Source: Phoronis australis
Taxonomy: Eukaryota > Animalia > Phoronida
Length of the DNA: 64,000 nt
Assembly: GCA_002633005.1 (NCBI GenBank)
Contig: NMRA01000334.1
Coordinates: 436,443 to 500,442, forward strand
Reading direction: 5' to 3'
This document shows positions 37,415 to 51,593 of the stretch, one piece after another (position 1 is the stretch's first letter; the number at the start of each line of letters is the position of its first letter). The notes beneath the pieces were generated by a model that was not told the origin of the DNA, did not search any database, and saw nothing but the letters and a program-made list of their open reading frames with translations. Position numbers and translations under genes: made by a program.

Positions 37415-39790
37415 AGCAAAGAACGGGACACAAATTAGGATGCAGTCCAGAAAGAGAACGATCTCGCATTACCTCCTACCAAAATTTCAAATGAGCCATA
37501 CTTAAATGAGTGATTACACCTCATTACACACTCGGCGAATGACTTGACGACATTGTTTATCCGGTTGTATTTTTGCGTGTTATTTAAGTTGCTCACGTCG
37601 CTGGAAATGCCGGAACAGCCCACTATTTCGAAGGTTCACTACTCCGGAGGTTCACTGCTCACCAGAAACGGTGGTCAGATTTCGTGTGCATGCGTGTGCA
37701 TGCGAAATTGCCCGCATGTCTTAAATTGAGTACACACTTGAATTTTTAGAACGATATGAAGTCGCAGTACTGATGAATTATCAACCATAACGCATTCATC
37801 AAATCCATGTCAAGATCGCAATGCAACGCGACTGAAGAGTTTTGAGCCGCTGCGCCACAACCTCACCCAGTGAACCTCGTGCACGGCCGGGTAGAATCCA
37901 AATGTGGTTAGTAGGCCACTTTACCTGGTTGTATTTTTGCGAGTTAGGCTTACAAAGCTGGAGGTTCATTACTCCGAAGGTTCACTAGTCCGAAAGTATC
38001 TAAAATTTCGAACTTGGGTATAATTTTTATGCTTTTGCATGCAAAGTTAAACGATACTTCGGTAATTAAATGCGCTGAATAGTGTACATGTACCTATACC
38101 GAAAACAACGTCCGGGTAATACTGATTTCATGCACATACGAAATTGCCACATGTCTTACAAATACAGAAAAATGAGTACGTTTTTGCATTTTTAGAATCA
38201 GCCATTCGTTAACACAAACTTCGTTGAAAGCACGACTAAACTTTTTGTTGGAAAGCCTGATACAGAGTCGACCTGTAGTGTCGAAACGGTCTCCTGCCTT
38301 CAGGTGTGTATCACACGGTAAGAAACCCACAAGCCTGTCGAAACAGAGCTAACGTATGGTACATGCGCGCACTCAGCCTTCAAAATGGGGGGCAGCTCGA
38401 ATTCCTGACATTATTGACCTTTTGCTAAAAAAGAGCGGGCGGACAAAAAACAGAAACGGGAGCACCGCTGTAAATTGCGCGTATGCGTTTATTTACTAGA
38501 CTTTTGTCCCCTTTCCTCGGACATTTTGTCTCTCAGGGGCGGACCTTTTTGCCCACTTCGCCAAATGGGGGGGGGTCGTTCAAGCCTCCTGAGCCCCCCC
38601 TGGGTGTGCGCATGCGGTACACACCTGTGAGCTACTCATTCAACACAGGTTTTTTCGTGACTGATCGATCGCAATTCCAAAATCTTTAGCCAAAATGTGA
38701 CATTTTCGTAACTGATCATTAGCGATTCCAAGTGGACCTTTGGAGTATTGAACCTACGGAATAGAGAAATGTAAGTTTGTAAATCTTTCCCATCAAATTC
38801 GTTTCTCTTGTGAAGTCTGCAAGGCTGCGTACATGTACCATTGACACTGATTATCAAGAGAATTTAGGAATACTTTCTTCATTGACAGGCCCGCAGCCGG
38901 CATTGCGTGGTGGGTGGTTCGGCGAATTTTTAGTACGGTGCATGGACCTTTGATATTTTGCAAACGTCGGCGGATGTAGAGTTTTTGGTTAGGCCCTTTA
39001 CGCAGCTTAACTAGGGGGAGGAAATCTATATACACAGTACGACAACTCTCAGTTCTAAGTTCCCAAGATCAGCCGGAATTCGTAATACCAGAAATGAGGA
39101 ATCCCTGATGGTTGATCACAAAGAACGGGACCCAAATTCTGATGTAATGTAGTCCACAAAAAGAATGTTCCCGCGTTACCCCCTGCCAAACTTTCAAACC
39201 GTGCGTACTTAAATGAGTGATTACACCTCATTACATAATCAGACGGAAATATTTAGTCGGAGCATGATCGACTTGAATATTTTGATATGGTTGTATTTTG
39301 TGTGTTACTTATTTTGCTTAATACATCGCTGGAAATGGGAACAGCCCAGTATTCGACAGTTTCACCTCTCTGAATATTCACTAATCCGAAGGTTCACCAC
39401 TCCGAAAAGATCTAAAATTTAGGACTTGGGTGTATATGTATCAGACATCCTCTTTTACCTGCAAAAATAAGCCACACTTCGGTTCTTAGATGCACTAAGT
39501 GGTGTACCTAACCTGTATGCTCAAACAACACCCGGATTTCATGCACATGCAAAAATTGCCGCAGGTCTTTCGAATACGGAAAATGAGTATGTACTTGAAT
39601 TTTTAAAAGATTGTGAAGTAGAAATATTGATTTATTATCAACCACGATACATTCATCAAATCCATGCCAAAGTCGCATCATTTCACAGCGTGACTGAGCT
39701 AGTTTAGGGTGCTGCCTCTCAAACTCACCCATCGTACCACGCGCATGGCCGGGTCGAAACTACATGTAAATGTAGTTAATAGGCTACCCT
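37415..39790. repeat. Rearranged diverged duplication (37415-38200 vs 39118-39790)
   Basis: Shared blocks aaagaacgggac.caaatt, tacttaaatgagtgattacacctcattaca, cattcatcaaatccatg. Confidence 0.8.
38362..38614. mobile_element. MITE-like element; related inverted copy at ~43290-43480
   Basis: TIRs catgcgcgcactcag / ctgggtgtgcgcatg; shared ggcggacctttttgcccacttcgccaaat. Confidence 0.65.
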
Positions 39791-41354
39791 GTCAGTCCCT
39801 GACAGTCTTCACGAAGTCGGAGGGTCCCATTCAGTCTTCTTAAATTTAAAATCGCCGCTATTGGTAACTGAGGACCTGACCCGATGAGTCGTTAGTTAGG
39901 TTGAAGATTCACGATTGGCAGTGATTGGAACTGAGCTCATTTGTAAACAATGTCTAATCAATGTTTTAAGAACTATTCAACTTTTGTACACTCCTTAAAA
40001 AGGTAATACATGGGCACAAATACAATACTTTTCTCATGTCAGTTCCGACTCGTTAGCAGACAATCCGAGTAATGAACTGTCGGAGTTCTGGTTTCGGAAT
40101 TGTGAACATTCGAAGTAGTGGCCATTCGGAGTAGTGAACCTTCAGTATAATAACATTAGTGCAAGAAAATACGGTAGTTCATTGGCGGTGTAGCACTTAA
40201 AAATGAGGGGCTATTTCCTCCCTGTGGTGCACCGCCCATAGACCATGGGGGGCGTAGCACTGAAAAAAGGGGGGCTATATCCCCCAACCCACTATGGTGC
40301 GCCGTCCATGTAGTTAAATGTCTGATTTTTTGCAACGACGGGGTACTGCCTATGGAGAACTTAATTATCATCGCCGTGTTCTGAATTTCAAAGAATGGAA
40401 AAGCACACACGTGTACACGCAGGCATATCATCCACCAATGAACAGCCAAAGCGGAAATTTGAAAATGTCTGCACTTTACCGCACTCTGCCACAATAAAAA
40501 TAGCAGAAAAATCTACTCTCTGCTATTTTGTTTCTTGGTCGATTTCAAGACGTTCACACGGCACTACATTTTGGGAGCTCTCCCGCAGACATTTACTTCT
40601 ATACTACCGTGTTACCCTATGTTGTAACCACCTCGTGCGTTCAATGCTGATGAATAGCATAAAGCCTCCTCTAATCGTCTGCACGATCCTATCGTCAAGC
40701 ACCATTTAGGCGAGGTTGACCGGGTACGGCCTGATGATTACGTTAACTTAGTTATCATTGTAGTTAGTAATACCAATAGCTACAACAATTTTGTTGTTGT
40801 TATCCTATCTTTAACGGATAGGCCGGGGCTGGACCTTTTCCGCGGGGGGAGGGTTCGATCGAACCCACCGAACTCCCCTGGCTTCGGGCATGTCATGGTA
40901 GCACAAAAACGGAAAACATTTTCCTCTGATGGACCCATTTATTGAAAATCGGTGCATACCTACGGTGTAGAAAATCGCCAGTTGTACACATCGGGTGTAG
41001 ACCAATGGAATTTTGTCTGCATGTACATGTACCGGCTTGTGAACGTACAATGTCCGAGGTTGAAGTAACAAGTTTTGAAATTCAGCAAGATTCCGAAGTT
41101 CAACCACAACAGAAAACATGGCCACGTTACACTTCTCGCTGGGCTTATTTCTGGTTACATTCGAAGTCTCCTAACTCAAAGCTACACAAGAAACACTCTT
41201 CACTCAACTGCATGTCTTGTTTGGTAACAGCCGAACTGTTTTGCAACAAAAAATACTTGGGGAAGGCTTAGTGACTCATTTTGTTTCAACTTGAAGCTCA
41301 TGATTCCAGTGTCATAATTAATTTATATTCAATACTACGCATCCGGCAGGCATA

Positions 41355-42004
41355 CAGGGACACATGGAGTTATAATTAACACATACACGATTCGATCAGT
41401 CAAGATAATTTGAAGAAATCGATGAAGATCTTCCGCGGGTTGCTCAAGTTTCTCTTACCAGGTGCCATTTTGAGGAAGTTACATGAAATCACACATGTTG
41501 ACGAATAAAAAGTCCAAGGGACAGAAATCTTACAAATTTCACCTGACACCTTCCCACGTTATTTTGCAGGTGTCACGCGCCAGCGTCACGCGCTTCGTTC
41601 AGTCTCGCGCTAACCTTTGCCTAACTCACGTGACTCTGTTGAAATACATGGTGGTTATCACGCGCTTGTGAAAAAGTTAACGGTAACCAAAAAAGTGGAG
41701 TTGGAATTCTTCGCCAAAGTCATCTTAATTCTAGTAACTAAGCTTCCTCAAAGATATGTGTAGAAGTAGAATGGACCACTTGAAGAAAGTAAGCGCTTTT
41801 TTCAGTGATAGTTTGAATGTGGAATGTATTTTTGGCAAGGTGAAAACTCCAATTCGGGGGCCGGATTTGGCCTACCGCCCGTTTAAAATACATTGGCCGA
41901 AATTCGTACAGAAAGCGATGGGAGTAGGCCTATTGTAGCCCCTAACCGGCCAACTGGGGGCCTATGTGTTGCCTATGCAGCCGGTATACCTAATTACTAT
42001 AGTC
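41355..42004 (+). repeat. Dispersed repeat, homologous to 47578-48221
   Basis: Long collinear matches (ggtgccattttgaggaa, gttggaattcttcgccaaagtca). Confidence 0.9.
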
Positions 42005-44755
42005 TGCCACACTAGAACACCGTTGCCGTTTTCGATAAATTCTTGTTGTTGGAAATATACGAACTTTCAGTATGATTACAGCGATCTGTTGTCCACAAGT
42101 TATTTGAAAGTTTTAGAATAAGGTAATGAACTTCCCAAAATATTTAAAACTGGAGGTGATCTAGAACTAGCCATAAGGTAACCAATTTATCAGTTCTAAA
42201 AATCACAGGGACTTTACTTTCAGCATAAAAGAAGGAGTACACTGGGTTTTATTGTTATGTCAATAGGTTCTAAGTGCATGTCACATTCTAGCTCCTCACG
42301 TACTGTATATGCCAGATTCTCAGTTTACAATAAACTGTTGTGGTCAACATAACAACTGCCAGGGCTGGGAAACTTCAATCTGTAGAGAACTTTCACCTCT
42401 ACTCAGAAACTTATACTTAAATTTAAGACTAATTTGTATCCAAAAAGGAAAAGAAAGGATTACTTTAGTTTTGATATGGTTTGGGTTTTTTCGATTTTTT
42501 TTAAATGTCTTTCGTCAAAAATCCCACATTTGATATTTGGCATGCTACTCTAAAATAAACTGGATTTTGTATATTTTTTATAAATCAAAAGCAAAAGAAT
42601 GCAATTTGTTGGAGATTGGATGCCACAAAAAATATATTACCCCAGTAGGCATAGTTTAATAAGAAAAAATGGAGTTTTACTAACCACAACCTTCAATTTA
42701 ACATAGACAAAAGCTAGACGTGTGTTGTTCTAAATATATTTTTATGGTTTCCCATGCCAAATGATGTTTTGTGAATTTCGCAAGCTATTGTTTAACTTAC
42801 GACATCCGTTAGGTGGGTGTAATACGGTTATCACCTGTGGGATGCTACAAGTAGTTTCCCATGGGTTGCCCTTGCTCCAGCACACTGGTACAGACTCCAA
42901 ACATTTGAAAATATGGAAAATGGATAATCTGTTTAATTTGTTTTCCACTATTTTCCTGAAAAAATGTACCTAAAGATCACTTTGTTGGACTTCACAAAAT
43001 TGACATTGTGAGTTTTCTTCAATGCACTTGCTTTGATTTTTGATTAACATCGTGAATAAACATTCAATTTTTCACAGTGTTTTATAAGCCTTTTCTCAAT
43101 GCACTCTGCCTATTTTCTGTGTTACCCTGTCTCATGTTAACTGTCAGTTAAGCTCCATAGCAAGTTATGTAACCACTTCACTATCTCCTAAAATCTGTGA
43201 ATACCATTATTGTTCACTTGAAACAATTATAAAAAGTTTTGATAGCTAAAGTACCTTTAGACATTAACTTTTGACACGGCACAACTGACACACACAGCGC
43301 AAGGGGGAGGGGCTCGAATGAGCACTCCAATTTGGCGAAGTGGGCAAAAAGGTCCGCCTCAGAGAAACAAAAACTCCGAGAAAAACGAGGCAAAAGTCCA
43401 CTGAAAAGACGCAGACGCGCAGTTTACAGTTTTGAAGGTAGAACCCTGTTTTTTTTGTTTTTTTTAGTCCTCTGAATTCCCCAAAGTGTATGTAATTCAT
43501 GACATTGAGTTTTGAATTATATTTTTGATCAATTTCACAAGCAGGCCTCACTTCACGACATACTGTAACAAGCATTTGAATTGAACTCAGTCAAGTTAAA
43601 AGACTAGCCCAAGCGCAACAGAGATGATCCCTTCTGCCTTGCCCCAGTTTCATGTTTAGACATACAATCATTATTTCTTTATTCAGCACTCTCAGGTCAC
43701 CACAAAAGTTTGGATGATATGCTTCACCCAAGTGTCACATTGCTTTCGTATTTCATGCTTCAATGTCATATTGGCTCAGGGGTAAGTTTTAGTCAAACAT
43801 TGGTCTAGGTGCATTGCTTATCCCAGGCCATCACCTGTAGCTGAGTTCAAACCAGCTACAGCTGTTTTCAGTGCAGTAAATGTTATGTAATCGGGGCCCT
43901 TCACAAAGATCTTCTCTCTGCAGTGTAGGCTTATTATCAGATCAGGTTATGTACTGTAGAGCAAGTTAGCGCAGGGAAATTGTGAGCTGTGAACTGGGGG
44001 TATCTGAAAGTAGGGCCATGACACATAGAGAAAAGGTGAGGTGGGTTTGGACCACTGGATGTTAAATATGTCACATTTTTATGCAAAGTTCACCAATTTT
44101 CGTATCTCTCCAGGGGCGCATCCAGGATTTTGAGTTGGGGGGGGGGGGGTGGAGGCCGGGGCAGGGCACAGGAATCACCTCATGCCTTGCGCGTGCCCAG
44201 CCTAAAATGTAGAGATATAGGTGTCTCGAATTTTTGGATTTGTGGACATTATTACTAAAACAGACAAACAGGGATTTGTTCAAGGCCTATTCATTGTGCA
44301 TTGGCCCCCTGAGACCCCCTGGCCGCGCGCATATGCTAGTCAGCATTTCGCACTCCGGACTGCTAAATGAAATCTGGGAGAATTTTAGGGGAGGTGCTTG
44401 TCCATAAGAATGGTTTTGCAACACAGCAACATTCACAATTACGTTCATTCGGCGCAAAGGAATACAAAAATATAGGACCTAAGTTAGGATAGTATAAATC
44501 TAGACCCGGCCGGCCTACTCCGTGTGTTATTTAGATTTTGAACATAATCTAAACATTTACTCGGTGATGTAAAAAATCAATTTTGGCAAAAAAAAAATGT
44601 CGGTAAAATTTTGCGACTTGGCCTTTATGAATGCGCGCTGGATTTTGAAAATGTGACCTGGGATTTTGACTAGGTCAAAAAATGCGACCTGACGATTTTC
44701 ATAACGTCGAGTCCTGCAGCTACGATAAAACGAATTTGGATTTTGACACGTCTTC

Positions 44756-45362
44756 ACACAGCTACCTGGCTGATTTAGGTATAGCAGTGTGTCTCCGTTA
44801 GACCCCGAAATTTCACACAGCCCGTAGTTCTGCTAGTCATCTCGTCGTGAAACATTATCAACACGTACATGTACGTGTAGAGCCTAGGACTATAGTGTTG
44901 TATTACTCCGTGGTACAGCTAACGACCGTCGGCCTGTGCATGCAAAATCTGGGAGTTAGCTGACACTCACCTTGGCCTTTGCAGCCGTTTAAGTGAAAAA
45001 GAATCTAATAACCTTCATTTTCTTGCATAATTCTCCGTCTTTTGTAACAAAGAAAAGTCCATCTTCGTTTCGAAAGCAATTCACGCGCCATTTCTTAATT
45101 TGCGGCATCTCTCGGGAGATGATTACAGCTTCGCAGCAGCAGATTTTGTTAAAAAAATTCACGGTTTGCTGGTATTAAAATACTGCAAACTTGTAACGAA
45201 ATGACGCCAGTTCCGATAATTTGTTGTGACATGTACTCAGCCTCGTGGAAGAGGAACAGCAGATTAACTAGGAAGCGGTGAAAAAAAGAAACTGGCCAAG
45301 AGGTGACGCAATATTTCATGGCGTCGAAAACCGAGCACCACAATTTTAGCTGCAGAATAAGA
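44756..45362 (+). repeat. Dispersed repeat, homologous to 48222-48752
   Basis: agaccccgaaatttc, gtgcatgcaaaatct, cattttcttgcataattct, acagcttcgcagc shared. Confidence 0.85.
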
Positions 45363-46061
45363 GTCATGTCAGAATCTTTGATAGGGACGACTAATCGATT
45401 AATAGGAAGCTGTAGTTCACTTAATTAAAGCGCCCCCTATGTTACTTTTTCTTTTACTCTTATAAATACTGGATATAGGAGGTGCTAAAGCATGTCGGTG
45501 CAAAGAAAGATGAAATAGTGACTTCATTCACAGGTAAATGACGTTTAATACGTCAGAGTTAAGTTCCAAGCAAATTTATGCCATCAAAAGGCTCACAACT
45601 TCAGAGAAACGGAACAAGCATTTCAACTAATTCAATAATACCCACTAATCGCTGTGCAAACTGCTGGGACAGGCTGATAACAAACATGAAAGCGCTCTGA
45701 GGAGCGAAACTTGGCGAAATTAACCAAAAAGATGACGATAAAGATGATGACGAAGATGACGAATATGACGACGATGGTGGCGAGGATGAACAAAAGAAGT
45801 AATAATAACATACACATGACGAACGTAGAAGTCCGAAATCAGTAAGAAAAAGGCTACAGTCTTGTGCGACACTTGGCGAAATTAACGGAAAAGACAACGA
45901 CGGAGTTGATGACGAAGATGATGACGATGATGACGAATATGATGATGGTGGTGGCGATGATGAACAACATCACAACATTCATATGATGAACTTAGATGTC
46001 ATAAATCATTAAGAAATAGGCTGCAGTCTCGTTCAATAGAAGATGAACCAAAATCAATGCA

Positions 46062-47140
46062 GCAAGAGCGCTCAACAAAGGAGCAGCGTTATCAGAAAAT
46101 CTCAAATAACTCAAAAAGTAGATGTTCTAGCGAATAATGGAAAACATCTTCTGAAAGCCCGTTCAAAATTCTATCTAAACTGATGGTATCGCCTAATTCC
46201 GTAAATTTTTCGAAAAAAAAATGAAATTTTGCGTTTTTTTAAGAAATACAAAGTCAAATAACTCGAAAACGGTAAGTCTGAGAAAAAAATTGTTACAGGC
46301 CATTTCAAAGATTATACTTCAAAGAATCTACATGCAAAAAATCACGTCTTTTTCTTTTCCCGTTTAAAATCGCATTCCAGACGACTGAAAATGGGTCAAC
46401 ATGCGCCATATCCGCCATCTTGAAAGCAACTTCCGGTTTTTCGGCTTTGTATAATAGCACGTTACAAGAAACTAATACCTGTAAAAACTCGAAGGAATTG
46501 GTCTTATAATACGCCCTCTAGAGGAGAAAACGTTTTTAGGCCAAAATTGAGGTGCGCATGCGCGATCGCCGATATTTCCGCCATCTTTAATCGGAAGTAA
46601 ACAATTTCCGGTATGCTTGTAGCAAACTTCCGGTCCACTTACTGTGCTGATTCTTAGCCTTTTACGTAAAAAATTGTAGCCTCCAGAAGCATTTGAACCT
46701 TTAAATGAAAACAAAATGGCCGCCACAGCCGCCATCTTGGATCCGATTTTGACGAAAAACAATAGGCTTCCAGTACTTCCGGAAGTACGTATTATGTGTA
46801 AATTTCGTGATGATCGGACGAAAATTGCGACCTGTATCGTGCGAACAAACAAAAAAAAAAACTTAGTGGAAGAGCAACATATTTGGCGAAATTTATTTCG
46901 CCAAGTAAAAAACTTAGTGGAAGAGCAACATACTTGGCGAAATTTATTTCGCCAAGTAAAAACTTAGTGGAAGAGCAACATACTTGGCGAAATTTATTTC
47001 GCCAAGTAAAAAAAAAAAAAAACAAACTTAGTGGAAGAGCAACATACTTGGCGAAATTTATTTCGCCAAGTAAAAAACAAAAAAAACAACAAACTTAGTG
47101 GAAGAGCAACATACTTGGCGAAATTTATTTCGCCAAGTAA
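46062..47140. mobile_element. HINE/Helentron-like element ending in five copies of a ~50-bp hairpin module
   Basis: Starts caagagcgctc; ends aaacttagtggaagagcaacatacttggcgaaatttatttcgccaagtaa x5 (46858-47140). Confidence 0.65.
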
Positions 47141-47577
47141 TGACGTCAGCAACAGGCTCACGACTTGAGAGACAAAAGACACATTTCAACTAATTCAACT
47201 ATTTCCTGTAATCGCTACGCCACCTGCAAGGGCAGTTTGATAGCAAATATTTTGTCAGCAACAGGCTTGCATCAGTGATGACGGCAGTATAAGTTGAGAT
47301 AAGTTGGGATTAGTTGGGTCCAACTAAACATTCTGACACGGGTGAGACACAGCACTCCGACCGTCGGAGACTGAACATGACCGCCGGACAAAATGTAGTT
47401 ATCAATACCTTTATGTGATACTGCAGGCTATTTTAAACCGGTCATACAGCTAGCTGTGTAAAGATTAGGCAATTACATCGCCCAGGATGCCTGCGGCATC
47501 CAGCGGCGATAGTACATCCCCACAAAAGGTTACGCATTTCAAAATACAGCAAATAAAATCAAATGAACCATACAAAT

Positions 47578-48752
47578 AGGAACATGAGGTTATATAACAC
47601 ATACACCACAAGTCTGGAGACGATTCAGTCAAAATAATTTGAACAAATCGATGAAAATCTGTCGCGGTTTGCTCGAATTTCTCTCACCTGGTGCCATTTT
47701 GAGGAAATTACGTGAAATCACGCATGCTGACGAATGAAAAGTCCAAGGGACATAAATCTTATAAATTTCACCCGATACCTTCACATGCTAGTTTGCAAGT
47801 GTCACGCACTAGCGTCACGCCTTTCGCCCAGTCTCGCGCTAGCCTTTGCCTAACTCACGCGACCGAGTTGACATACTTGTGGTTATCGCGCGCGCGGGGG
47901 TGAAGAAGTTAACGGCAATCAAAAATTGAAGTTGGAATTCTTCGCCAAAGTCAACTTAATTCTCACAACTAAGCTTCATCGAAGACATGTATAGAAGTAG
48001 AAAGAACCAATGATGAACGGAAGCGCTTTTTTAAATAATAGTTTTAATTGTGGATTGTATTTTTGACGAGGCGAAAACTCAAAATCGGTAACCCAAATCC
48101 GGTCACGGCCCGTTTAAAATACATGTAACGAAATGCGTACAGAAAGCGAATGGAAGTATTGTAGCCCCTAAATGGCCAACCGATGGTCTACGTGTTGCCC
48201 ATCATTGTAACGACTATCGTCAGACAGCTTGGTAGGTAGCACTGTGTGTTGAGTTGCGTATAAGACCCCGAAATTTCTCACAGCCCCCTGGGTAGTTCTG
48301 CTCGTCACATCGTGGAACTTATATCAACATGCAGATTATAACGACCGGCGGAGGTGCATGCAAAATCTCGGAGTCAACCAACACTCACCATGCCCGTTGC
48401 AACCGCTTGAGTGAAAAACAATGTACATGTAATAAACGTCATTTTCTTGCATAATTCTTTTCCTTTTGTGAAACGCTCACACGCCATTTCCTAAAATTTT
48501 GCGACATCTTTTGGAAGATGTTGACAGCTTCGCAGCTGCAAAATTTGTTCTAAAATTCCTGCTGTCTGCTGGTATTAAATTGGTAAAAACATATAACGAA
48601 ATGAAACTAGTTCCGGTAATTATTTGTGTCATGTAGGGCCTGGCTAAGCAGCGTCGTGGAAGAGAAGGACAGCTGGTTGAATAATTGGTGAAAAAAACGG
48701 GCCAATGAAAGCTGACCCAAAAGAACGCATCACAGTTTTAGCAGCAGAATAA
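47578..48752 (+). repeat. Uninterrupted copy of the repeat split at 41355-42004 / 44756-45362
   Basis: Collinear with both halves. Confidence 0.85.
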
Positions 48753-51593
48753 CGGCAGAACGACAATTTTTGCGGAGCTAAGATTAATAATTTAGTTTAC
48801 TCAAGGAAGAGTGTCATTAATAACACTAATTTTGTGAAAATTTTACTTGACCAGTTTTTACCCACAAGGCTTAACGGTCCGGCGTTTTTTTGACTTGATT
48901 AAAACGTCAAATTGTAGAAAATGAATTTCAGTTTGTTCTAAAACTTCTGCAGTGGATAAAATTATAGTTATTTAGCTCAAAATGTACAACGTGGTTGGTT
49001 TGTGGTTATATTTAATTTTAAATGATGACCTTACATCGCATACTACAGCAGAGCCTGGTGAATAAAACTAAAGCGCCGCGTTTGGCTTAAAGCGGAGTAA
49101 ATACTAATCTCCTTCACAGACCCTCGAGGAGGCAATCCGTGACGTCAGCTTGTGAGGCCCGGGAACCAGGTTAAGTGAGTACCGAAGTTTTCACGTCTTG
49201 GCCAAGCCACAATGGGCTTCCACACGTAGCGTGACAATTTATCATGCCTCACAATCTCATATGTTCTTGTTTGCTAGGAAGAATTGTAGTTTGAAAATTT
49301 ATGATGAGGCTTTTGTAAATACATTGAGACTATATTGTGTACAGACAGATTTTGTAAAAAAGCATTTGTATACGCTCTCTTACTGATGCATAGACGTATC
49401 ACAGTGTCATCGCGCTTGTGTAACTTTATGATTACAAACGGTTTTCACTGTGTCAGTCCTGAGTGCTACATTTGTACACAATTGTGTGTACATGTATTTA
49501 TTGTATCTCACAATTTCGTTATTTTTATTGCTGAGAATTGTTTACACGTCTTGGACCAGCATTTATGGCTTGACTTTTGTAAATACATTACATACCATAC
49601 TTTGTGCGTTCAATTCTGTATTGATAAATACTTCCTTAGTTTTAATTATCGTACAGAATGTTGCGGCAGGATCAAATGTTCCGGAAAGAAAAATAATTTG
49701 TACTGCCTGATGAAAGAGTCCCCGCAGCTGCAGAGAAATTATGAATGAACTTTTAAAACGAGACGAAATATTCTTGTCTCTTGTGATGAACACTGGTGTT
49801 CAGTTGAAGGTGAAGCTATTTCCCACCGGCATTTCCCATTAACTAGCTGCTATCCGTCCTTTCGCACTTGATCTCTCTCCAACAAAACAGTCACGTATTT
49901 TGAGACTTCAACGTCTCGCAAATTCTACCTCCAAGAGCAAGCATTAAAATTGACCACTGGATTCATTGGCGGCTAGTGTACATTGTACATGTACATTCTT
50001 ATTCACTACAAATAAAAGTAGTTCACAACTGGTCAGACCTAATTACCATGCAGCTGGAGACCGACAAAGGCCTATTTAAATCACTGATAAAATCGTGACC
50101 AGCTTAGTATTATAGGCCCTGAAGCCCCCAAGTTTGCTTCAAGACAGTCAAAATAGCGTTATGGAAAATCATTAGATACTTGAGCACAGAATTAAAATGT
50201 CGTAGCACTTATCTGTAATAGCAGAAAACATAAAAAATAAAGTTTGAATTCTGGTCAGGATCGTTGAAATAATTGTTTGATCTTTCGCGGCTTAAAATTG
50301 AAATTCAGTGAAATAGAATGATTTTGTGGGTGAGAATCCGATCGCAGCAGAAACAATACTGTTCACCTTCACGTGGTCCCTAAAACCCCCATTAGGGTCG
50401 ATTTTTAGTGGTCTTTTACCTGACTTTCCTTCTCAGTCCGATGTGTCTTTAAGGGTTTAGTTACCTTATTCTCTCCAAGATATCTGTTGTTTTCTCAGCA
50501 ACAAAACACAAAATGTGACTAAAGATTAAAAATTGGTCATTTTTACAGAGTGAACACGAATTCGAAGATATGTTAAATATAGCTACATGTAGGTTATTAC
50601 GAACAGAGCAGGATCGAAGGATGAGGGATACCGCAAGAATACGTGGCCTACACCCCACAATGTTACATTTCTATATTGGGAATTAGGCAGACGGGTTGTT
50701 TCTGCAGATTTCAAGAGTTGGGACAAATGATAGTTACATGTAAATAACCTGACAGGCTTTTAAAAGCTGCAACTGTCTTACTTGAGGAATATCATCCTTT
50801 TTATATTCTGTCCAGCTCTTTATGGTCTTCTGATACTTACAGTGTATCAATGCCTGTGTACATGTACGTAGGACAGCCAGAGCAGATATAGTTTACGACC
50901 ACTGAGTTCTGTCATATTTATATTTTGTCGCGGGGTGTTGTCAATATAAATGTACTAGTAACATAATTGTGTGCCAGTTAATGCCAAGTCCAACTGAATT
51001 GAGGTATTAAATTAAGAGTTGGTTGAAATCTGACTTTTGCTGAGAAGTGTTGAGTGCATGTACCAGTAGGGTACTGTAACTTTGTACCAGCTAGACATTT
51101 CCCTTTTACTGTCACGGTGTGATTTTACTGGGTGATAGTGATATTTTGAAATAAATATATTTTGAAATAAAAAAAAACTTAATTGTTTGAAATGGTTACA
51201 GTGTCTCATTGTGTTGTTTCTGTGGTAACAATTTCTGTTGTTCTTCTCGTTCTGGATGGCCAATCAGTTTTTTTAGTCCACCGTTTTTCAGTGAAAAACC
51301 CACATTCTCAGAAATTCGAGACTCCCCCATATATTTTGGGCCGGATGCCCGATACAGTGTTGCCACCCTAGTTATCAGTGATATCCTAGATCCGCCACTG
51401 TAACTATACTAGATACTTAAAGAGAAGTTATGAGCGTATCGTTGAAGTATTTTCCCTGAGACAACCTAGGACCAGTATTACTCCCAGAGACAACTCAGCA
51501 CCCCTTACATGCGTCTGCATATTGATGAAATTACTATTCCTTGGCATAAGCTGAAGTCTGGCTTGCAAGTATAGTCGTGTCGTCTCTATATTT

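Noticed and set aside
46858-47140. CRISPR array
   Set aside because: Spacers are short A-tracts, not unique sequences; no cas genes; eukaryotic context
49335-49793. Overlapping 76-137 aa ORFs
   Set aside because: TG-rich low-complexity sequence with no recognisable domain or consistent exon structure
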